A stretch of 45,479 nt of DNA, counting the filler, from Jimgerdemannia flammicorona (taxonomy: Eukaryota): the NCBI GenBank assembly GCA_003990765.1. It is 2 parts of 2 records of this genome, joined end to end, with 100 filler letters (N's around TTAATTAATTAA, not from the genome) between each part and the next. Parts side by side here need not be neighbours in the genome. Positions count along the whole stretch, not along the records: positions 22,792 to 45,479 come from RBNJ01001225.1; 1 more part is not named here. One strand, given 5' to 3'. The notes beneath the pieces were generated by a model, which saw only the letters and a program-made list of their open reading frames with translations, had not been told where the DNA came from and searched no databases. The translations under genes were made by a program, and so were the position numbers. Shown here one piece after another: positions 22,888 to 34,665 of the stretch. Positions within the stretch are counted from its first letter, which is position 1. The number at the start of each line of letters is the position of its first letter.

Positions 22888-25316
22888 CGACGAATGCTTC
22901 AAATCGATCCTCTCGACAACGACATACTCGTTTCCCATCGGCCCTCCTGACCTCATCTCGAGCACAACGATTGAGTACCACAGCACCTCTGCTTCGTCCA
23001 GGGCGCGGACCTGAGCTAGGTTGCCCACATACGACGTCAACACCACCAATTGATTGTCCCTGCAGATGGGTGCCGGCGGAATGGAATGGATGGATGGATG
23101 GATGAACGCATGCGTGTGGTGCGACGAATGCAAACCACCTCTCCCGCAAACCACCTCTCCCGCAAACCACCTCTCCCGCAAACCACCTCTCTCGCAAACC
23201 ACCTCTCCCGCAAACCACCTCTCTCGCAAACCACCTCTCTCGCAAACCACCTCTCCCGCAAACCACCTCTCCCGCAAATCACCTCTCCCGCAAACCCTCG
23301 CCCCCCTCTCACCAACCCTAAACACAACACACCTACTATACTCCAGATCCACCAGCGTAACCTTGAACGCCTTTTGGGGCATCTTGGCTTCCGGCTGCAC
23401 GTTACTGAGGATGTTCTCGCGGATTGGGGTGAGGATGTCCTGCTCAGAAACAAACTAAGAAAAGTGCAAATTCCCCGGGTGGAGTAAGGGGTGAGCATCT
23501 CCCTTATTGCGATTGCAACAAAACACCGCACAAGACCAATCAAATTTTACCTTCTCCACCGTGTTTTTGGAGACGATCCACTTCTGTATGGTGCGCGGTG
23601 TCAGTGCGTAGACCTCCCTGGACGGGTAATTTCGGAGGAAAGCGGAGAGAAATAGGTATAACGGAAATATGGTGGCGATTCTCATATTCATATCGGTGCA
23701 CATAAGTGCGAGCGTAAGTTCAGGCTTGCCTGTTGCGAAATAGCCATTAGTGGCGACGCGTCCTTCGTAACGATATGTCCTGCAATATAAACCATTCGAA
23801 GCCTAGCTGCAGAACATCTCCCATCGCTTTTATTCTCGCTCTCTCCTCCCTTAGCTCGCATCGACTCAAACCACGCCTCGTCACACGCCACTCCCTGCTA
23901 AATAAAAAAATAAATAAATATAAAAAAGAAAAAATGTAAACCCACCTCGCAACCTTTACCTCTCTCATTTCAACCCTAACACCGGGTACGATAGCGACTA
24001 CACGCCTCGCAACCTCAAGCTCCTCGTTCGTGGCATCCGGATCGCGGTAACCGAGCAAGTTCCCCACGCGCGCGAGGACGCCGACGGGTTTGGCGAGCGC
24101 CGAGGACTGCAGGCGCGGGTCGAGCGTGACGCGGAGGAGGCGAGTGTGCGATGTGCCGAGGATGTAGATGCCTTCCTGTGAGTTAAGGTGGGTAGGGTGG
24201 TGAGAAATTCGGCAGGTACGAATATGCAACGAGGGGTAAAGGGGAATTGTTTCTTCTCACTTCAACGACGTTGAAGACGGTGATGTTCTCCCCCTCATTT
24301 AGATACAGCCTAACGCTGCTGAACCTATCCGGGCTCGAGAGAGCCAGAGAAACGGCCTCCCAGTAACGAATCTCGCCGTCGACCGAGCAGGCGATGAGCC
24401 CCGGCTCGCGGTTTCGGTCGAGCGGGGGCACAATGACGACGAGGGGGAGAGGGGGGATAGGTTTGCCCGGGACGGTTATTTGCGGGAGAGGAAAGATGAA
24501 GCAGGTGGGAAGGGTGGGGACAGCGTGCTGTGACAAAGGGATTGGGTGTAAGTGGAGGCTCGAGAGAGCAAGGAGAGAAAAGGAAGGGGGACTTACGCGT
24601 TGGTAGAACCAGACAAAGGCATGGGATTTGGTCCAGACGAGGGCATAGCCGATGGTCGGATCGACGCGTGCGCCATAGGCATGTTGGTAGAAGTCCACGC
24701 GACCATCTGTTGTTGTTTGTTTGGAAAAATGGTTTGAGGGGCTGACTTTCGTTTCGACGTAGTGAGATAACCCAAGAACTTTGCAGCTCTTCATTCACTT
24801 CACACATGCCGCCGATCCATATATCTCCCACACACCTGAGTCCCGAAAAGCCTCCTGCACCTCCGACGGGATCTTGCCCAGTACCTCCACAACATGCTTA
24901 TCGCCCTCAACTAGCGTGTTGGCGTTTCGCCATGACGGCGGCTCGAGGTCCATGGTTGTGCGATCGTCATCGAGGACGGAGCCTTCCAAGGCTGGCACCT
25001 CGGGTTCGGCGTAACGAGTGAGGACGGACTCGTGGACACGAGGCCGTTGGACACGCTGTTGCTGGAGCTCCGGGTAAAGTGCGCTAATAAAGGAGACGGG
25101 TTCAACCAGACGGGTGGTTCCCTGCTGGCGCGACGAGAAAGGGTCGGCGACGACGGTGGTGGGTGCGTTTTCCGGGCCGGGAGAGGGTTGCGGGATGAGT
25201 TGTGGCGGTGGCTGTTGTGGCGCTGGGGTGAAGATGGGTTTTGCGGGAGGTTGCAGGCCGGCAAACTGGTCTGCATTGCGCTTTCTTGATGTGCGGGATG
25301 GTGTTTGGGTGAACAT
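22888..25316 (-). CDS. NUP133: Nucleoporin Nup133-like, N-terminal beta-propeller part (gene cut off at the gap). Approximate exons 25316-24836, 24706-24597, 24527-24261, 24175-23946, 23617-23551, 23454-23333, 23059-22888
   Basis: Phase-consistent GT-AG introns. The protein has a disordered N-terminus, then GYALVWTKSHAFVWFY, EPGLIACSVDGEIRYWEAVS, YILGTSHTRLLRVTL and REVYALT..IQKW, recognised as Nup133 N-domain motifs. Confidence 0.8.
23131..23296 (+). repeat. 15-bp minisatellite (CAAACCACCTCTCYCG-like, about 11 copies) in a Nup133 intron
   Basis: Directly visible; lies within intron 23332-23060. Confidence 0.93.
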
Positions 25317-28300
25317 CGTTATGGGGGAAGGAGAGAAAGGAATAGCGTAAATTCGCGTCGCCAAACACCAAACAATGGCTTCGGGGATGACGTCACCAAA
25401 ATCTCCCAAAAGTCGTATTGTTATTTCCTCTAGCACTAAGGGATTAAGTAAATATACCTGTAGCCTCGCTTTTTGTTGCATCTCAGGACAATTGCACTTC
25501 CGACTGTACATCAATATTGTCGACTACCACCTTTTTCTCTTGTCGACGACCCCCGTGCCATACGCCGAGTACTACGGACGCGTTGCTGTCGAAAGTGCTG
25601 CGCAACAAATCTGACGAGTTCACGTGATGACCATGGTCACCTCTGTTCAGCCCACACGCTAGAAGACCATTACCTGCCATTTAGCGAGGAGTTGGAGTAA
25701 GGATGGCAGCCTTTTGTGAGGACTGCCAAGTTATTTGCATACTTTGAAGTTTCGCGGACACAAAGAGGAACTAGGCGACACATAGTCTTGTTTTATGTGC
25801 ATCATTGAGGGCAGTATCGGCATATTAAACTTCAAGTTTACTGAGCAAAATATGGTATCAACTTTAAAATGATTTAATGCTTGGTATCATTTATTTAAAC
25901 TATTAAAGTGTTTGAAGAGATATCTTTTAATATTTTATAAAAATAAATAAATAAACTATTTACTAATATATGATATCGTCATTGTCATTAATCTCGCCTT
26001 CCTCCTCCTGAGCCTAATAATTAATATAGAAATCAACTACTATATTTACACCACAAATATCAAACCAAAGGCATGATACTGACATCATAATAATTTATAT
26101 CGTTCTGCTTGGCCTGGTCGTCCAGCAGAGTCGTGGAGTTTACCTAAATGTGTATAAATCAACAAAGTTTAAAACATATCACAATGCACTATGACGATGT
26201 CGTACATTACTTAAGGACCTACCAGCTGTATCCCTTCTAGGTTTCCCTTCTTTGGGGGCATAATTCTTTCAGACGATTCATCCACCATTGATGGTTTTTG
26301 ATCGCCAGAGAGCTGCCAGTATGTCGGGCCCGTAAAAGGCGGATGGTGCATGTGAATCAAGGACTGACCGACATCTTTTTTTTTTGACTGATCTAACGGC
26401 GTTCAAGGCCTCCTTGCCATTTGACGATCTGGTCGAGAACCCTAGCATGGAACACTCGGAAAAATTAGTAAGTTGTCTCCATCCCGTCAGATGAGCTAGT
26501 AGTCTTGAATGTGAAACGACCTAGTGTCAGGTCAGTTAGTAGTAACCTTAAACATAAAACAACCTAGTAAGTTGCCCATACCCAACAATGGCTTTGTGGC
26601 TCGGCTAACCTTGTATGAACTGACGACCTACATTTACCAACAAAAAGATTTTTATTTTATATCTACCAAGGAGCAACTGTTCTCTTTCATACTGTTGCCT
26701 TGCTCACGGTTAGCGATAGTTTCATCTGGATATGAAATGGTTCTAAATGACATTCATGCAGAAATCCGTGTGGATGATTTGCGATCGAGATAATCATTTC
26801 GCTCTGTTTCCAGACATGAACTGAAAGGAATGCGAGTAAGTCATCATTGTGTTAGATCACTGTGCCTGGGGGATACTAAATCTTATCCCCGTAAGTTTTA
26901 CAGGCCAGAGAGGTAGAAACGGAGCGAAATGGCAAGAGGAAGAGGAGGAACTTACTGGCGAACTCGATTACGATAATTTATCAGTGTCGTGGTGTGCAAA
27001 AAAAAAAAAAAAAAAAAAGTGGCATGGAAACGGGGAAATCGTCAAGGATCAATTGCCTGAAATATTGGTGGGCGTCAACAAAATGCAAAACGAGATTCGC
27101 AAACAGGAACAGAATGATGGCAGGGCAAATGGCGTGGGTGCAAAATGCCCACGTCGCCAGCCTGAACAGGCAAATGGGCGGTCGAAAAAAAAGCGACGGG
27201 TTTACCTGATGGACACGTATATACATGGAAGTTGAGCACAGCGACCAATAAGGCAAAGACTGATAGGACGAGTGTTTGATGTTTACGGAGGCACTCTGAG
27301 GATGAGGGAGAGACGACCTCACCCAATTATCAGCCTATTTCGCAGCACATCCACCGTCTTTCCTTTTACCGTCGCGCTGGCCTGTTCGATTTCATAGCGA
27401 TATTCAAAGCTCAAGTGGGGCTCTCGCGTCACCCGCTCTCAGCGGATCTCTTGAAAGACTTGAAGACCTCCACGGGAATGCCGCCGGCATACTATGAATA
27501 TAACGGAGGATATAATGGAAGTTTTCTCCACGTCTGTGTCTTCGAGACGGAGACAAAACATTTGATAAGTGCTTATTTACACAGGGTCTTTCCACACAAA
27601 CAACGGAAGACGTAATTCACGAACTGCAAAAGTGGCTTCGCATGAGCTCTAGAACATAGGTCCCAATTGGAAATAAAAAAGAGAAATATATTTTATTTAT
27701 TTATAGCTAAAGCTAGCTATAATGTAATTTATAAGGTATATTTAATTATATTTAAATATTTAGTAATTTATTAATTAATTATTAGTTTTTATTATTTATA
27801 TTTTTATATTTTAAAATAATATTACAAATTAAATTTTAAATAAAATTAAATAAAGTTCTTTTTAAATATTATTAGTAGTTATATATTAAAGATATTTAAA
27901 ATAAAATATTTTATTTATCAAATTTATTAATAAAACATAAAACTCTATAGTATAGTAATAATTCTTATAAAAATACTTTAAAAATATAGCCAGCTCATCA
28001 GACACATAGATAACATCACACGATCCGTCAACCCCTAATTCGTATTTTAACATTTTCATTTATTTAATTGCTTATTTTTTAAATAATAATAATAATAATA
28101 AACAATACAATCAACCATCCCACACCCACACCAAGTGCAAGGCGAGATTTGGGGCATCGACAATGAAGTTGATCAATACCCCCAAAAGCCCAAAAGAAGT
28201 CAACCTTCCAAGCGTATTTACCATTCCCCACACATTCTCGACCATAGAAACAAGCTTCGTTTCACGAGCGCAGAAATGTGGAACGGTAAGCGTTTGGGAT

Positions 28301-29089
28301 GGGGTTGCACACGCCAAGCCGCGTTAGGCAAGCGGCGCAACGATGTGGGGTTGTGGGACGTGACGTGGGTCGTCGATCACACCCTCCTCTCCAGTCGCTA
28401 TATATATAATTATATATTTGCCCCAGGAAAGGGGCGGTGGGGCCGCGGTGATGTAAAGCTTGCTATTGTATGTTACGTGGCCGCCCCTGTTCCCCATTCC
28501 CAAACCTACCCCAGCCATATCAACGCCACAGATGGTAACACAGCCAAGAGACATTGGTCGGTCTATGGAAATTACTTTGTTTTGTATTTTGTATTTTGTA
28601 TTTTTCTTTCTTCTAAAACAGGGTGCGCGCGAACACAGGAAGTTCAGATTTTAAGAACCTTTCCCGTTGCACGGGATGATCATAGTTTTTGGCGTTTTCA
28701 TGATGGCGGAAAATGAAGGACGATTACGTCTTGCACGACGGAATTTCAAATGATTAGGTTTGGAGTACGAGAAGAGTGGGGGAGGGGGAGTAGAGAAGAA
28801 ATAAGAGTTCACACCACAGCCAAGGGTTAAGCAGAGCAGGAAAAAAAATGTACAAAAGAAAAACATTGGGGAGGGGAAGAAAATGGAATATACAGTTGAG
28901 TCAACCCACCCATCTCACATCCCCATTGGAGTCTTTAACATCCACTCACGGCGTGCTCAACAACGACACCATTAACCACGCGCCGCACACCCACACGGCA
29001 GCCCTAATGACCCACGCATACCCATCCGTATCCTCAAACCCAGCATCGCTCCCCTCTCCCAAAAGCTGCTCTCCGATCCAACCATACAG

Positions 29090-30567
29090 TCAACTCCAAC
29101 CGGTCCCCTGTATGACGGGTGGTATGAGTGTAGTCGACTTAGACTTGACGGCCGCAATAGACGACGACGACGATGACGCCAATCCCACAGAAGCCAAGCG
29201 ACTGGCGGCGGGCGACATCTTAAACCGTATGAAGGTGTACAGCGTTGTGTTCGGGATGGTAAAAATGAAGTTGGGAGAGAACGCCCTGCTGGGTGTGTAA
29301 GTCCCGGGCCTGATCCTGTCCTCTCCACTCCTATTCTCGTTTTCTTCCCCCGTCGCAGAAGAGACGGCACCCCCCTCGTCTGCACGTTCAATCAGCTCTC
29401 TCGCGGCCTCTAACGCTGCGCAGCTAGCGAACCCGTACCCCTCCATGGTCTGCAACGATCCGCGCACACCCTCGCCTGTGCGCTCGTCGCGCGCTTCGCC
29501 CCACACATCAATCCGCACACCCTTCCGGTCGGCGTCCGAGGGGGGACGCGAGTAGAAAATGTCGACAAGAAGGAAGAGAAGCCATTGAAACGGAGGGAAG
29601 TGGCGTAGTAGAGCGCGGACTAGGAAGAAGGACCAGAGCGCCGAGCGGACCATGGACGGATCTACGGGCACGAAGGTGTCAATATTTGGAATCCCGGTTG
29701 TGTAGTAAGCTGTTAGGGAGTCCGCCCATGGGACGAACCCCACTAACGCTGAACCCGCGGTCGGGAAGGCCACACGGCGAGTTTTGTAGAAATGGCGGAC
29801 AGGCGTCATGCGACCGTCGATACGAGCCGAGCAGTGTTGTGGGTCTGCCAAAGTGCTGAGGTACGTTTTGGTTGCACCGGGAGAAGCGGCCAGCGGACGG
29901 GATTGGTCCGAGAAGGCGAATGAGAGGTCGAGGTGCGTGGCGGTTGGGATGTGGTGGTGCAGCATGGCCGCCAGGACGTCGGTGGGAACTAGTTCGAAAC
30001 CTACGCCGGGGATGCAGACGATGCCGGCGTTGCGGATAGCGGGGGAGAGAGTTTCGAAGAGGAGATGGAAGACGGAAGGTTCGGTCGTGACGTCAAGGTA
30101 GTGTGTTTGGACGCGAATGCAGGAGTGGATGAGCGGCGGGGTCGTGAAGGCGAACGGGCCAGCCTAGATGAGAGGAGGGTTTAGACGATTGCGTCGAGGA
30201 AGGTGCGAGGGGGGAGGGGAGGGGAGAGAGGGGAGGGGAGAGAGGGTTACTTACGAGATTCAGCACGACCTTCACGTCCCTGATATTCGCGTCAATATCC
30301 TCAGGGTTATCTAGCGAGAAGACGCGGTACGGAAGGTCGAGCTTGTCCGCCAGCGCAGCGACCTTCTTCCTAGACCGGCCTACGAAATGAACACGACACT
30401 TGAGTATAAAAGCACACAGAATGTCTCACGGAGCAATTGGCAAACAAAAGTGGTTATGACACGTTACCCGCCAGGACGACGGATCCTGGATGGAGAGCGG
30501 CACGCTCAGCTGTGAGCCTGCCAATGTAACCGCTGCAACCGTAAATGAGCAGCTGGAAAGCGGACAT
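29090..30567 (-). CDS. Saccharopine-dehydrogenase-like / trans-acting enoyl reductase family NAD(P)-binding oxidoreductase; exons 30567-30468, 30379-30255, 30163-29090
   Basis: LLIYGCSGYIG Rossmann motif, LAGRS, VVLNLAGPF, HYLDVT.E, PGVGFELVPTD, EGYGF and GTYTP; two GT-AG introns in correct phase. Confidence 0.88.
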
Positions 30568-32712
30568 GATGGATAGGTTCGTTTGTTTGTTTGGGTTCTG
30601 TCAGGTGAATTGAGGGCGTAGAGGAAAAACAAGAGAGCAAGGTGCGGGAGGGGCAATTCCTTTTGTTTCGTGTGTGTATTTTTTTTTTTTTTTTTGGTTC
30701 GTTTTCCCCTGGATGTGGCCACCCACGCCATGGTTAGCTCAGTTCAATCTGAAATCTGGGGAAAGCTGTCAGGGGACTGTCATCTTCACATGTCTCTCCC
30801 CCAGATTTACGGCCAGGGATCATGTGAGCGAGCTCGGGTGAACAACCGGACGGCGCACATGCACTAATCGGGAGCAACTAGGCCCATCCTTTGGGGGAGA
30901 ACAACGGACGGGAGTCGGCCTCCTTGGACTAGCACTGTGCCCTCAAGGTACGTCAGAGGAATGTGTAAATGAGCGGAAATAAGGAAAACTCAAATCATTA
31001 AATTATTCCCCCTAACCACCGTTCTTGACAGCTCCCCCATCCCCAACCCCACCCATTCCTTTATACCTTCCTAATTTGAGGTACACATCTCGTTCAAAAC
31101 ATCTAGTTCTCCCACCCCAACGGCCCCCGGGATCGATCACCATTACCACGGGCCACTGGTAAACAATAAACAATATTTAATTCGGGGCTCTCGTCTCCCC
31201 CCCTCCCCCCCCAAACCACTGCCCCATGTGACGCCCAGCCAGAATATAGCTCGTGAACTGCCGTGAACTGTCGATCGAATTGGGAAACCTTACTTTTTAT
31301 TTTGTCGTGCAATTGATAAGATAAGCGGTCAAGCACGTCAAACGCTCGGGGTTTGCATGGATTGATGACGTGTTCTTCTCTTCGTCCTTATTCCTGTCAG
31401 TCGATGGGCCAGAATAATAATAGAAGAAAAAAAATCAATATGGTATCCAATTCAGCTAAACATCAAACGCAACAAAGAAAAAAAAAAAAAAAAAAAAAAG
31501 GAAACAAAAAAAAAAAAAAAACAAACCAAAAAAAAAAAAAAAAAAAAAAAAAGCAATCATAAAGCGTGAAAACTGACGCCAAGCACATGCCAACAAATTC
31601 ATGCGGCTTGGAAAAACTGACGCGCACATTGATAAAGTGAAGGGGTTGTCACAGAATGCCGATTGGAGTTCAGGAAAGGTGACAATTGATTGGCATGAAT
31701 CGACGAGCATGCGCGGACGTCGGCACGAGCGCGGGGATAGGTTGAGTCACATGTATTTCTCTTGTTTTCAAGAAAATCGGGCGGAAACAGGAAACAGAGA
31801 CGAACATGACGGTGGGCTATCTCCCCACTCTGGAACAACCGATACAAGTTTCAGAACGCAAAACCCAAGAAAATCCGCCCCACGGAAAGCTTCAAACACC
31901 ACGATGCTGACACGAAGGTCCCGGTCGTGACGGACTCGCCGAGTTGGTGGTTTGAAATGGTGAGGCATGACCTTTTTCGCTCGAGGGCAGTCAAGGTTCA
32001 ATATGTAATTTGCCGAAAACAAATACCAACAAATGGGGCTCTGTCAACTCTTTTCTAACAGGGGGAGGGGGAGAGAAACACACCCAATGCTTGTTCTGTG
32101 AAATTGGAGCCATTCCACTTGCCACCATCGTTTGTATCCGATTTTCGGCAGTTCCACAAGTCGATGATTGCGCGGAATTAATCTGTGGCGCGACCTGGCT
32201 GACCGTCAATTCCATTGGGATGATTCCGAGTGTCCGAGTGTCCGAGTGTGTAGCGAATCTACTGATCGTGATCGGGATCCTTTCATAGATCCGACGATAG
32301 AGTGGATAGAGAGGTTGATGCACCGCGAGTGCAGACCTTTCCGCTAGTTGATCTGAAACACGCCATGGAAAAAACGTATTCCCTCAAACCAAAAAGTACT
32401 TCGCCAGCGATTGACTCCCCTGTATCGTGGAAAATGCTGACGTAGATAGGTGCGATATGTGATTCGTTATATCAGTCTGTATAACTTTTTCGACTCTCAT
32501 TCATCCTATAATTACTTATCACGACTGGTTATACAAATTTTGTGAGTTAAACCATTAATAATTATCACTTTGCTTTTTTTTTGGTTCAGTTACACACAAT
32601 TCCGTTGCAATGTTACATCCGAACTTGCCTATTTCTTTGCCAAAATGAAGGCCACTCTTCAATCCCAAGGGGTACCGTCGTGGACGAGAAGAAACGGTAT
32701 GCAATAGCACCA

Positions 32713-32800
32713 TACGTGTTAACGTGGCTAAATATGACAACCACGTGATCTTTAGCAGCAACTCACGTGCTTGAGCCGTTCACGTGATCCTATATAAATA
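32713..32800 (+). promoter_or_regulatory. Cluster of three CACGTG E-boxes plus a TATA box
   Basis: CACGTG at 32742, 32764 and 32781; near-matches at 32713 and 32721; TATATAAATA at 32791-32800. Confidence 0.6.
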
Positions 32801-34665
32801 ACTCGCGCTATGGATCTAAAACAGCGATCTCTGACCACCTCTGAGGAGCACTGTTTGCTTCTGAAAATACTATTAAAGGATAAAAGCTTTAAGTTTCTCA
32901 GGTTCATGTTTGTGATCTTTCTTTGTCACTGCTTTGTTAAGAAATCTGGTTGGTTAAGGGCAAGAAACGGAGTTATCTAGTATAGTTTGACGAGCTGGCG
33001 GAGGCAATCATACGTCCGAAGAACACTATTGCGACTTTCATTCATGGTTTCACGCCTTGCCTCCCCGGCCTAACAACAACCCTCTCCCAACCTTCCTCAT
33101 CACAGCTTGAGCAGCCTCTCCCCCCAGGGCGAAATCGTACTGCATCATCACTGACAAGACTGGCTGGTCCGGCATCCGGAGCAATCGAATCCCCAAAGCT
33201 TGCAAAGTACAAGTATACACCCTCGATTAAGGCTGAAATCGAAGAGTACTAACATCTATGGTCTTAACATTGGTCGATCTGAATTTTCTTTTTTGTGGCA
33301 AATATTCATTTACCTTTTCGCCAAAGCAAATCATTAATTAAAATAAAAATGAGCCCCAGAGGTGCGACTGTGGTTTTGGTCATCTCTCTTCATGATATTT
33401 TGCATATGCACCCATTCCCCATTTTACATTTCATATGATTTCAATTTAGGCACTTTCATGATGGCAGGCTCTTTTTCCTGCTGCAAATTACGCTTCTCGG
33501 AGTTTTTTCTGCAAAAGACACGGATCAGAAAAATGATTTAGAAGATTCATATTGAGTCCCACAAATGTCATAACACAAAACAACCACAAACACTACTTGG
33601 AAAAACTTCCTTTGTCTACATACTACCTATGTAATGCATGTAATGTATGTAACAACCTTCCAACAGCCAAGGATCCGACCGCGTAACCATTTCCCACCCG
33701 AGCTGTCTGGTGATGCCTTACGTGCTTGCTAAAGACACGGCGGACTCCCGCATACAGAGGGGATCATGTGTCCGATGATCTTCTCTGAGCGAACGCTTGG
33801 GCCACATGTCCGTCCGGACCCGGGACAGTATATTACGCGAGACACACGGACAAACGGGTGGTAGGACAATCGTGGTGATCTTCAGGTAATTAAGTACCGG
33901 TGAGGCGAAAGAAGGTTTACTGCAATACTTTGATATATAATTGTGTAGGACTCGAGGCGAGTAAACAGGTGCAATAAGGGTTAGGTTCAAGTGATGTCGC
34001 ACAACAGCTGTGGGGGATGGCAGGTGTTTTTTATTTTTTTTTTAACCAGTAGAATTAACCGTCCATGCGATTGATGACGGAGCATTCCTACATACTGGGC
34101 TTCTGGAAAGCGATGGTATATCCTCGATCGGAGTACCGAATCTCCCAAAAAGGTTCGGTGCATTGGTCGCAAACGAGGAAACCCTCCCATTCACCCGCGG
34201 AAGCGTCCCGATCCATACCGGGTGCAAATTCGCAACTATGGCGATCAGGTTATCACATTGAAGGATTGGGTTTGACGAGTGAAATTTCTATCATCTATTT
34301 TGAGTTGGTGCAAAGTGATGCCATCCACTAAAAATAACGTCCTTCTTCAAGACCCTGGTGGTATTCTAGACTGTGGCCAATCCTTGCGTCTGTGCTCCCC
34401 ATCCGACCTTGGAGAGGATCGACATCTCGCCAAGTTCGCCAACTCATCATACGAGCAAAATCGACTCCCAGGGACCGACCCCCACCTGCCCTGTTCCAGG
34501 GGCAAAAACGGCTTGCCTCGGCGATGAACGCCACTGTAACAGTGTACTTTACTGTTATTGTAATTGTACCCTTTAAGTTGATGATCCTTGGTATAAATAA
34601 CTTAAAGGTACTTATGTAAGATGTCTTTAGCTTGAGGAAGCAGCTGTCTTAATGCCTAAGTACAG

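Noticed and set aside
22834..23543. ORFs with repeated GGLRERWFAGEVVC / KPPLPQTT
   Set aside because: Translations of the intronic 15-bp minisatellite.
26000..28800. Possible exons or short ORFs between Nup133 and the oxidoreductase
   Set aside because: Some splice-like signals, but no consistent open gene model or recognisable domain.
31400..32370. Possible minus-strand gene (110-aa and 84-aa ORFs) and long A-tracts
   Set aside because: No recognisable motifs; the A-tracts lack an identifiable TSD or element body.
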